NCBI RefSeq assembly: GCF_006345805.1
Contig: NC_042999.1
Location: 65,968,001-66,032,000 of the forward strand
Source of the DNA: Octopus sinensis
Taxonomy: Eukaryota
Direction of reading: 5' to 3'
DNA length: 64,000 bases
Shown here: positions 53,054 to 64,000 of the stretch, piece by piece
Numbering within the stretch: the first letter of the stretch is position 1
Layout: each line of letters starts with the position of its first letter
Made by a program: the position numbers and the translations under genes
The notes under the pieces: model-generated
Databases searched by the model: none
What the model saw: only the letters and a program-made list of their open reading frames with translations
Told to the model about the DNA's origin: nothing

Positions 53054-56000
53054 TACATTTTGGGTGGAATTATTTTTCAGAATTTTCACACACATATACT
53101 TAATGCTATATTATGTACTTGTTTCTTAAAAAATTGTCTTGTAGTAGCAGTTATTTATGTATATTTCTACATTATTAAACATACCGTTAATAATATGCTA
53201 CATATATAGAACGTATTGGTACATCTTAGCCTTTAGTGTCTTTTCTCGAAAATGTAATTTCAACAAAACTTAGAAACTCAGAAAATAAAGTACTGCAGCT
53301 TGTTATGCCTACGAGGATATGAGTTCCTCATTGAGTAATGGTATGTGAAACAGTTCCGCCATTTTCCATTTTCAATGTGTCAGTATAACTAGAGAATCCG
53401 CTACAGAATTGAAATATATATCAACTGATCCGCCATATCAAAGTAGCTTGTGTTTCTTTGTGATGACTTAGAATATACATGGTGATATATCAGTTTTAAC
53501 CTTGTAACATCTTGAATGATAAATTCTTGAGTACTTTAGCTGATAGCAAATATAAAATGCTAATGCATCTGACAGATATGTAACGATTCTGATCAATAAA
53601 GTAACACGTCCTGATAGCACACATTTTCCACGATCTATACAAGTAAAAGAGCAATAAGAGAAAATAGATTAAGCACGAAGATGACAGCGTAAAGGAATGA
53701 ACAGTATAGGATAAATTATTATTTTCTCTGATAACTTTAATTTCGTTAATATTTCGAAATATTCTCACTGACAAGAAATGGTAACTTCATACGTGAAATT
53801 GCATCGGCATATATATAATGTTGACAGAATCTTACTAACATAAATGTCTATGAAGCTATCATCAACATGTTCGCTTTTAGATAAGGAGGCTATTTATGGA
53901 GGCATATAATCTTTGACGTTTATAGGAGATATTTTGATTGCGTTTTGCACAGATTAAACACATTCTCTAGATATATAAAACTCTCTAAAGATATTGGGTA
54001 AGGTGGATTAATAATACTTTTTGTTTGTGTTGTAACGGGTTAGTTTACATGTAGAGTCTACAGAACATAAATGTGCCTTTCTTAAAATTCTGGAATCTCT
54101 CTGCTTGCCATGAATCAGGCAAATCCAAAAGGAAGCTTGATGGCTCACTAATTTCTCGTTATGCTAACTTGTACCTTTATTTGCCTTTTATTTCTGTTGC
54201 ATAATGATAAAATTCAAAGGTATGGATCGTTGATGAAAGTGTTAACGTAGATTGATTTTACAACAGCTGAGAATTCTCTGCTTTGTACTATATTCTAAGA
54301 TTGAATTGATGACATTTTCTTAACGTGCAATCAGTCGTCTCTCCAGATTCGAATGAAATATCAGCCAACATAACAGCTGGCCTTTGCAAAGCAAATCTAT
54401 ATTTAGTCTTATCTTTAGAATTTATGTGGTCTAGATGTGTACATACGTCAAGAATTATAATGGCATTTCTGAAAATAATGACTAGGAAATAAGGGAATGT
54501 TTTGTTTGTCAATACGAAAAATTAGTAAGCAGTGTATAGTTTCCGAGAAGATTTTGTGGTTCCAGGCTGTGTGTTGGCATTTAACAGATAAGATTCAGCA
54601 GAAAGCTGTTGAGAGAGACCAGGTGCATTCGTCAATTAATGGCAGTCCGGTAGTAGGTTTCTCTTTATCGATGTGTGATTCGTTCACTTTCGTTCTTTGG
54701 TCGAACTATAGAATCATATGCCGACATGTATGTGTGTGTATGTCGATCGTTTTACGCACTAAGTTCAGTGTGATTTTTATTAAATTTAGCCATCGCGTTC
54801 AGGGATTAGTGAGAATAGACAGACGCTCTGCTTTGAAATAGACTGAGTTCAAAATAGTATTTGAAATTTTTACAATGATATGAAAGAAAGAAATGTATTT
54901 CAAAAGTATTAAAAGTCTCGGAAACATCTACACACATGAGTATACACATATGCACGCTCGCGCGCGCACGCACGTGTACTCACACACACACACATATGCG
55001 CGCGGGCATATATGCATACGTATGCTTATATGAGTGTGTATAATGGTATGAATTCTAGAAATTGCAGCTGTTATCGCATGTGGTAGTATAGGTTTCCTAC
55101 TTGTCAATCATCAATATTTAGGATTTCGTTTGTCAATGCAGATTCAATGCTAACAGTTGACTTGAGAGAGCTTTAGAGGCTACGTCTAGTAATTCTATCG
55201 TTCCTCAGGAGCTCAGTATTTTAACTTTAGCTATTTCCTTTCTTAATACACAAAGAAACCATAACTATAGACAATAGATTAATCTCGTTACGATAGACTC
55301 ACTCCATACAATTCTGACGGTTATTAAATTTCTTAAAATAAGTATGTAGTTATTTAAATTTTAGTAATTTGTTGACTATATATTTTGAAATGTAGTGCAT
55401 TCATAAGTATGTATACGCTAAAGCTACAAAGAAAATTATAAGTGCTACTTTGAGACACAATAAAACATTTTATTTTGGCATTTTTCCGTAACGGAGGGCA
55501 TGGCATTTTAGGACCCTTAAAGACACAAATATAAAATCTGCTATTGTTGGAATATGTACATATCTACATTTCTTTTGATTTCTGCAGCATTTTGAATGTA
55601 ATCTGAATTCAAAAGCAAATGTGGTAGGCGCTTTTTCATGTTTATTTAATTTAAATAATTAGGATAAGAGTAAGAAGTGTAATCTGTAGTTTTACACTTA
55701 TTACTACAGACGTTTCCGATACGGCATATTTGGCTTCCACAATTTGACATCAGTATTTAAAGAAATCACACAATGATACGGTTAAAATTAAGGGTTTTCA
55801 GCCTGAAACATAAAATATGTAATCAAGACACACAGACACATTGTATTTCCCATAAAAACTGTTTGCAATGTAGTTTATTTGCTAATTTTTTCCTTGATTG
55901 TTGTTCTAAAATGGTTATTAACCTTCTGCACATAAAATATTTTTCCTGACAAGTTGAAGGAGGTGGTGCGAACGAGAGGTTCTGTGATCTCCTTTGCTCA

Positions 56001-56518
56001 TCCAGTTGTTTAACGTCACCGTGTTATTACATTTTAGATTATTATATTCTTAAGTCGACTTGCGTCAAGAAAAAAAAAATCTGGTATATTTTCAAGAGTG
56101 TGAAGGCCGGGCTGGAAAGACATTTCCAAATAAATTATAATCCTATCGTATTCTAATGCTGAGTTTGTGTTGTGAGAATTTTTTTTTCTCTGGAAATTAC
56201 TTGTTCGTAAAAATGAGTTGTATGAGATTAAGAAGCCGCTGTCAATTAGAAAGTCTGCAGATAGCCCATTTGTTTTAATTTTCCGTATCTAGGAGAATAT
56301 TTCTGCGTAGATTGTTGACGTTTATGACAAATGTGTGAAAACTACATTAGCATTTACGCAATGAAGAGACTCCCATGGTATTTATGTCTTTGTCTTGGCA
56401 TTTGTTTTGGTTGTTCTATCATGTTGCATCTTCCTGATCGAGCTGATTTGTAGCCAATTGCACTTCAATTTCTACTTTCATGTCTGTTTCAGGTTTTTAG
56501 TTATAGGAATGCAATATC

Positions 56519-56751
56519 TATTTCTTTACTACCCACAAGAGCCTAAACACAGAGGGGACAAACAAGGACAGACAAACGGATTAAGTCGATTCCATCGACC
56601 CCAGTGCGCAACTGGTACTTAATTTATCGACCCCGAAAGGATGAAAGGCAATGCCGACCTCGGCGGAATTTGATTTCAGAACGTAGCGGCGGACGAAATA
56701 CCCCTAAGCAGTTCGCCCGGCGTGCTAAAGTTTCTGCCAGCGCGCCGCCTT
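56519..56751 (-). mobile_element. SINE family A with 13-bp TSD
   Basis: TSD GGAATGCAATATC at 56506-56518 and 56752-56764. Confidence 0.92.
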
Positions 56752-56942
56752 GGAATGCAATATCAATATGGCTTCTGTTTGGAAGACAAAAGCGTATTAC
56801 ATAATTATGAATTGCTGCTATTTCTAACAAGTCAAGCTACACGGTAATAAATGATACCCTCAACGGTTGTCTTTAACTATTATTGTTGCTTACACTTAGG
56901 GATTCAACAGAGAGAATTTCTGTTTCGCACTTTTATTTAGAA

Positions 56943-57359
56943 CTAGCAGTATCGCCCGGCGTTGCTCGGGTTTGTAAGGGAAATAATTATATAAGCATTT
57001 TTAGAGATGTAAATTATAATAGCCATCTCAATATGGCTAACCACAAAGGGGGGGGGGTTACTGTAGCTTTTTACGTTCTGAGATTTAATAATAAATTTTT
57101 AGAGAGTTACTTCCCTTATATATGCCAAAAATGCATTAAAAATGGGGGAAAATAATGGTAATTTTTTTTAAATCGTAGACTCATCGTAGACTCATCGTAG
57201 ACTCATCGTAGACGCGCGCTAATACCCAGAAGGGCTCGGTATAAATCACGACTATAAGAAACCCGCTTTTGGTTAAACTGTACCGCAAAATGTGGGAGTA
57301 GTTAGGAATCTAAATCGTAGGAGACAGACACCACACAACCTCACTTTTACATATATAGA
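56943..57359 (-). mobile_element. Non-autonomous Helitron (417 bp)
   Basis: On the minus strand it starts TCTATATATGTAAAA and ends CCCGAGCAACGCCGGG (hairpin) - 8 nt - CTAG, inserted between A and T with no TSD. Confidence 0.88.
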
Positions 57360-58846
57360 TTCTACACTGGATATGGGATTCTGTTAGCTACATTGCATCG
57401 CCCCAATTTATCTACAGACGTCGGATCAGTGAGAGACTGGTTGCTGCCATTGCCCTCGATCTTATTGTTAATGCCGATATAATCGTTACTGAGTAACAGA
57501 TAATCGAAGACAATTTAGTTAAGCGTTTTGCGTTAAGATGGGACAGAATGGCGCAGTAATGTATACAACAATGAAAGGTATATTGCAATGAAAGTATAAA
57601 CCGCCAAATAACTAGTAACAGTTACGATAATGACATTTATGAATTTAAACATGTGGGTTGGATTATTACTAGACTATAGATCATAAGGGATAAAGGAAGA
57701 TGGACACATATCTCTTACAGTTCTTACAAGAACAGATGCGAAGTGATGCATTTCCTTGTAAATGAATAGTAGCTATATGCATGAGTGAAATCCATTTCAT
57801 CATCGGAGAGAGAATAAGAAAGACCATTACAAAAGATTACTAATAGTGTGAGGTACAGAGGAAAGTGTGATGAAAAACAGGCTCCTTCTAATCATACTTT
57901 TCTAATAGCTCAACATGACACTTGCGTATTGAAACTTAACCCTCCTGTTTACATATATAAATATCATAATTTAATCTGATACTTGGTTTTTGCCTATTTC
58001 TAATTCTATTCTAGTGTACATTTACCTGCAACTGATAAGTCGCTTAAAACCAAACGCCACTACGCAGCTGTAAAATCCCAGCATTTAGTTCATTTTTCAT
58101 CTTGTAAAAGTTCCATAGCTACTGACCAATACAGATAGAAAACAAACGAATTGTTGGCACCATAGGAGATATATTGCTTTTGATTGTATATTATCATGAA
58201 CAGGTGAGCTATAAATTCTTGTGTAGACTATTTTAAAATTTTATGATGAACCCCTCCACCTACCCCTCTAACCCCTCTTTTTGTCTCTTTTATCTCTTTT
58301 GCTTTACATTCACACACATTTACATCTACAGAAATAATATATTAGATAGAGAAAAATAAAATATTAATCACTGTTTTCAAAGATTGCTAATGTCAAATTT
58401 CCAGCAAATTTACAAACATCTATCAATCTTTAATATGAATTTTGATTTCAGAGAAAAAAAAATTAAATATTTCACAACAAATCATTTAAATGCGTATCTA
58501 AAAATTTTATTCATCTTATTTTTCATCACAGAATATGAGATCATTTTTTCTTTTCTTTATTTCATTGCGTGCCCTAAATTGCTTGTACTATACAGTGGTT
58601 TATATAAATGAAATAACTATTAATATAAGCTTATTCGCATTTTGGGTATTACTACTCGAAATAAACATTGAATATAGACATGACTCTCTCATACAAGTGT
58701 TTAATAGCCTATCAGTTAATGGTTAACTATCAATCAACTTATCTGCCGTTGAAATATATATGCAAAACATAACTTTATAGTAGTAAACCATTTACATAGT
58801 CAACTTAGATTTGAAATATATTGTTGTTACACACGTGGTTCATCGT

Positions 58847-58935
<89 letters not shown>

Positions 58936-59225
58936 TGTATGTATATATAAAAGTAGTTTTAGAAACAGAAACAACTTGAACTCAATCAACACTGAAAGAC
59001 TTTATACCCGACCACTCCATACAATGTTAAATATTAAATCTTATACTAACTATATCTTTTCTGAATCCCGTTTTTCCGTTTATAAGACTACACGTGTTTC
59101 AAGAAAATACGTCGGCATTTATTAGATACGAGGTATCTAGTTTCAATACATAATCGGGTCGACATACTCCCAATCTTCAGGTCTGGATACCTCAACATTT
59201 TTCAATACTCGGAAGTAATATTTCC

Positions 59226-59258
<33 letters not shown>

Positions 59259-59359
59259 CAATAATAATAACAATAATATATATTAGCACAGATGGGTTGA
59301 AAGTCTACTACAGCTACACGTTTCATATTCTTGAAAAATTTGGTTGTGACATGAAAAAA

Positions 59360-59900
59360 GAAAAGACTCTGGATATAGTATCGCAGTAGTGTTTTCAACT
59401 TGAAACACATCCTAAACTATTTTTGTACTGTGACATAGCCCACATTCTTGCATGAAGTTCGACTGACGAGTTGGAGATGGACCCATAATTGTTACAGCAT
59501 GTTGGAGAACATTGTTTTGTTTATGTCTGCATTCACATTACCACGGATCAGGACCAAACGCAAAAAATACGTTGCAGAAATCATGGCCCACACCATTTCA
59601 AAACCACTTCCAAACTTGATGAATTCAGGAAACTATCTTTCGCATTTTCGACGTCTCCCTTATAACCTACCCTCAGAGGAAACCGAACTGAACATGCTTT
59701 CGTCACTGGAAAACACATGCGACCAACAGTCGTCAGTACAAAAGTACGTGCTTGTTGGGAAAAACCAAACCTCGTATTTCGGTTCTTCATACCGATGAGA
59801 GGTTTAATGACGGGGAACGGGCAGGAATTCCGACTTCCGCCATACGATGAACCAGTCTTGCGAGATACATTTATTCTATATTCACGATCGACCTGGCGAG
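59360..59900 (-). pseudogene. Decayed Tc1-family transposase
   Basis: Across frames: KPLIGMKNRNTRFGF, DCWSHVFSSDESMF..SEGRL*GRRR, FMQECGLCHSTKIV*DVFQ (degenerate FSDES and FMQDNAPCH motifs). Confidence 0.75.
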
Positions 59901-60641
59901 AAACACCAGCACCAATCTCAGTTCTGGCATCCCATTTCCCCCCATTGTGACCGTATGGATTACTGGTATATATGGGGCACAATGAACTTCAGCTAATTCA
60001 GAAACACACATTTTACATATCCTTTAAATTATTTAGAATTGGAATTTTCTTCGCATCTTTAGCAGAAATAGTTGGTAATTATGTTGTATAGAATCTATCA
60101 TCTTATCGAAATTGTTTGTAACTTCGATATGGAGAAAAGTTGCAAGAAATTATAATTGTATCTTATACACTATCCGCTTCCTGGAATTTATATCAACACC
60201 TTTATGGTTGGATTTACCTTTTCTGAGAATTTAATAATTTTTAAAATAATTTTTTTTAAAGTGTGCCTTGTTGGAAAACATATAAAGTCTGCTTATTACA
60301 TTACTTCAAAGTCATGGAACTCTCTCTGAATGCTTCATAAGGATATTTATATGGTTGGAAAACATATATGCGATTTGGCTGATGAATACTGGACATTATA
60401 TTTGCTGTAATATTTGCAGCTTCAAATAAAAATGTTCTCAGTATAAAACAATTGTACCGAATTACTGATCCATTGTTGTTACTTTTTTCTTGGCTATAAT
60501 CACCCCATATATTTTTATGATTAATACCATAAAGAATTCTGGTGCATCTAAGTTAAGTACCATATTCACTTGAATTCATTTGAATCTTAATTGCTTTGCT
60601 GAAATTATATATATATACATATGCATATATATATATAGATA

Positions 60642-60676
<35 letters not shown>

Positions 60677-60802
60677 TACATGTAGATACATATATATATA
60701 TATATATATGTATAAATATATATATATATATATATATGTGTGTATATATATATATACATATCTATATATATGTATCTATGTGTGTGTATATGTATGTGTA
60801 TT

Positions 60803-61128
60803 AAGGAACGTGGTTCAGTTGTTAGTGTGCCGAGTTTATATTACTGAGATCGATTCTCGGACACAGGTTGCGTTCTTGAGTGAGCATTACGCTTTCTTTC
60901 ACGTTGTTCCATTACAACGTGAAAGTAATGCGTTACGACGTTACTGGTGCTATGCTTTATCGGCATTTGCATTCGCCTTGGACTACTCCGCTAGTACTGG
61001 AGATGGGAGGCTGTTATGATATGGGCGACTGCTGGTCTTCCGCAAACAAACTTTTCCTGACTTGTTCCTACAGAGGGAACTTTCTAGGTGCAATCCCATG
61101 GTCACTGGTGACCGAAGAGTGTCTGCTT
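60803..61128 (+). mobile_element. SINE family B, diverged
   Basis: Tail ATGGGCGACTGCTGGTCTTCC...TTTCTAGGTGCAATCCCATGGTCACTGGTGACCGAAG matches the 28784 copy. Confidence 0.8.
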
Positions 61129-61208
61129 ACCATGACCTATTTGTAGGTTTAATAAAAGTAAAATAGAGTAAAGAACGAAAACTATGCAAAATCATTTTGC
61201 CCCACCCT

Positions 61209-61255
<47 letters not shown>

Positions 61256-61437
61256 CGATTTAGGTGACCCCAACAGGTCACTCGTCACCAGAAAGAGCAG
61301 CCATAACTCACACCGCCAAGTATTATTAATTCAGAAATTAGGTGAAAATTTAAAAACATTTACCCTAATTCATCTTTTAGACGTGGCAACGTTTCTGTGT
61401 CATTAATGATTAAATTAGCTTAATTAAATTAAATTAA

Positions 61438-61640
61438 TGTATGTATGTATGTATGTATGCATGTGTGTATGTATGTATGTATGTATGTATGTATGTATGT
61501 ATGTATGTATGTATGTATGTATGTATGCATGTGTGTATGTATGTATGTATGTATGTATGTATGTATGTATGCATGTGTGTATGTATGTATGTATGTATGT
61601 ATGTATGTATGTATGTATGTATGTATGTATGTATGTGTGT
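61438..61640. repeat. (TATG)n tetranucleotide microsatellite
   Basis: Seen directly. Confidence 0.95.
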
Positions 61641-62447
61641 ATTATGAGAGAGAGAGAGAGAGAGGCGAGGAAGAGAAAGACGGACAGAGATAGGGAAAAA
61701 GACGCACAGGACAAGAACATGAAATAACAGTTGAAAGGAGATGAGTTAGCAAGAAGAAATATCAGACTCAGAATATTCTTTTAGCTGCCAAATTAATATT
61801 CCGTACCCAGTGACTCGTGTGAAATATTCGTTGGTCGAAGTTGACAGCTGAGACGTTCGGATCCAGTTACATCGTGCAGCCGGGTTGAGCAAGATGATAT
61901 GTATGTTGGAGAGGCACGCCTCTATCTGGGACGACGCGTTTCAACAGGATACAAATGTCTGTTACACAGAGACCGTTGTGACCTGCTTCGCTGTTCGCTG
62001 TCACTCCGAACAAAGAATGTAATGTAGTATTACATGGACACCTCTACGTTCTGAAAGTTACACTTCATCAGTAAAGACCTGGGAGAGACAAATATACACG
62101 AGGCGTCTGTATCGAAGCCTACGGGATATCTGACTTAAAATTTTCAAGACTGACGTATTCGCGCCAAACTTATCAACAGTAAATATAAACTGCCGATTCA
62201 ATCTCAGAATTATTCAGAAAATTATCAATTAGTCAATTTAGGGTAGCAAAAAAAATTCAATAGAAATTTATCGCAACCAGCGGCCTGGTGAAAAAGAGAA
62301 AATAGTCATCGACTAAATATAAATATAACGATTTAGGAGTGACCCCAACAGGTCACTCGTCCACCAGAAAGAGCAGCCATAACTCACACCGCCAAGTATT
62401 ATTAATTCAGAAATTAGGTGAAAATTTAAAAACATTTACCCTAATTC

Positions 62448-62550
62448 ATCTTTTAGACGTTGCAACGTTTCTGTGTCATTAATGATTAAATTAGCTTAAT
62501 TAAATTAAATTAAGCCAATCTACCATAGGTTACACTTCATCAGTAAAGAC
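62448..62550 (-). ncRNA. Type I hammerhead ribozyme candidate (unit 2)
   Basis: Minus strand: GUCUUUA-CUGAUGA-AGUGU...ACACA-GAAAC-GUUGCAAC-GUC-UAAAAGAU. Confidence 0.65.
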
Positions 62551-62926
62551 CTGGGAGAGGAGAGAGACCAAATATACACGAGGCGTATGTATCGAAGCCT
62601 ACGGGATATCTGACTTAAAATTTTCAAGACTGACGTATTCGCGCCAAACTTATCAACAGTAAATATAAACTGCCGATTCAATCTCAGAATTATTCAGAAA
62701 ATTATCAATAGTCAATTTAGGGTAGGCAAAAAAAATTCAATAGAAATTTATCGCAACCGGGGCTGGTGAAAAAGAGAAAATAGTCATCGACTAAATATAT
62801 AAATATAACGATTTAGGAGTGACCCCAACAGGTCACTCGTCACCAGAAAGAGCAGCCATAAACTCGCACCGCCAAGTATTATTAATCAGAAATTAGGTGA
62901 AAATTTAAAAACATTTACCCTAATTC

Positions 62927-63029
62927 ATCTTTTAGACGTTGCAACGTTTCTGTGTCATTAATGATTAAATTAGCTTAATTAAATTAAATTAAGCCAATCT
63001 ACCATAGGTTACACTTCATCAGTAAAGAC
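62927..63029 (-). ncRNA. Type I hammerhead ribozyme candidate (unit 3)
   Basis: Same motif as unit 2; the GUC triplets are 479 nt apart. Confidence 0.65.
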
Positions 63030-63243
63030 CTGGGAGAGACAAATATACACGAGGCGTCTGGTATCGAAGCCTACGGGATATCTGACTTAAAATTTTCAAG
63101 ACTGACGTATTCGCGCCAAACTTATCAACAGTAAATATAAACTGCGATTCAATCTCAGAATTATTCAGAAAATTATCAATTAGTCAATTTAGGGTAGCAA
63201 AAAAATTCAATAGAAATTTATCGCAACCAGCGGCCTGGTGAAA

Positions 63244-63287
<44 letters not shown>

Positions 63288-63665
63288 TATATATATATAA
63301 TCCCTTTAAAGGTCGAATTATAAGTATTAAAGCGCTACCGATAGTTCATATTTTGAGAAAACTCAAACATTGTTTAGGCGCAAACCACATATCATAACGA
63401 ACTAAAGAAACTGAATAAGAGAAGAACCGTGAAAAAACTGAGAAGGCAGCATTTAGAAAGCGCAGACAGTAAACATCGGAGAACAGAAAATAGAGAAACG
63501 AACAACAAGAAAATAAAATTTCAGAACTAGAATGTAAAAAGTAAAAAATGTAAAAGAACCATCCTCTTTACACCTTAAATAATCAGGCTGGAAAGTTAAC
63601 AAGTCAGTCAGGAATAGGCGGAAATTTCTAATTCTTCAAAATACATCTATATATATATATATATA

Positions 63666-64000
63666 CATGAACCACTGAACGATTCTGACCTGGAGTTCAA
63701 TAGAGTGTTAAGGATCTCAGATCTGAACAGGATCTGCGCTCTTTCAGCCAAAGAAAGTCCACATTTATTCAATCCATTCACATAAGGTATAGACTTTTCA
63801 ACTCCTTTCCATTTAATCAGATGCGGTGTTTCGTAATTTTTAAAAGTCCATATGTAGCTAGCCAACTTATTAGCTTTACTTTTGACCCTATGTCGGAAGG
63901 AGGCTATGTGATTGGCATAGCGGCTTTTATATTCACCTTCTTATAATCCAGTGTAGGACTTCTTATCAGTTGTATTTTTATTTAGGGTTGCAGTAACGTC
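63666..64000 (-). pseudogene. Penelope-like element ORF C-terminus (GIY-YIG endonuclease), continues beyond the window
   Basis: A single frame reads KKSYTGL*EGEYKSRYANHIASFRH...KLASYIWTFK...IKWKGVEKSIPYVNGLNKCGLSLAERAQIL...LLNSRSE. This matches the PLE pattern YIG...FK.RY.NH..SF...LS.YIW...KC.LCL.EK..I...LN.RSE. Confidence 0.85.

Larger units (their letters stand above)
61255..63245 (-). repeat. Tandem array of three ~480-bp hammerhead-bearing units (Penelope pLTR/retrozyme-like); first unit interrupted by a ~620-bp insert
   Basis: Unit starts ACGATTTAGG at 61255, 62328 and 62808; copies are near-identical; flanked by (TA)n. Confidence 0.9.

Noticed and set aside
61255-63245. CRISPR-like or rDNA/snRNA-array interpretation of the tandem repeat
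   Set aside because: The units are wholly repeated with no unique spacers, there is no cas gene, and no recognisable 5S, snRNA or SL motif was seen.

Overview
This is an AT-rich, microsatellite-dense eukaryotic window with no recognisable host protein-coding exon. The SINE families and the (TA)n/(CA)n/(TAA)n load look cephalopod, probably Octopus (inference). Almost everything interpretable is transposon-derived. (1) An apparently full-length CR1-group LINE (~34534-39663, +) sits inside a (TA)n array. Its ORF1 is split by a SINE with a 12-bp TSD; once reconstructed it reads Myb/SANT-like domain + polyQ + two CCCH zinc fingers. Its APE-RT ORF2 has no ATG before the endonuclease and overlaps ORF1 in the -1 frame, with an in-phase U_UUU_UUA slippery heptamer in the overlap. 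(2) A Penelope-like GIY-YIG ORF end (63666-64000, -) lies next to a tandem array of ~480-bp units, each with a type I hammerhead ribozyme motif (retrozyme/pLTR-like). Further dispersed minimal hammerhead motifs occur at ~45655 and ~40493. (3) There are at least five tRNA-derived SINE families, several with clean 12-13 bp TSDs, a non-autonomous Helitron, and decayed Tc1, hAT, RTE and R4/Dong-type fragments. (4) There is a ~905-bp tandem duplication with an internal fold-back, a ~190-bp palindrome and a 100-N gap. Most ORFs in the supplied track are microsatellite artefacts. All calls were made by eye; no searches or folding programs were run.
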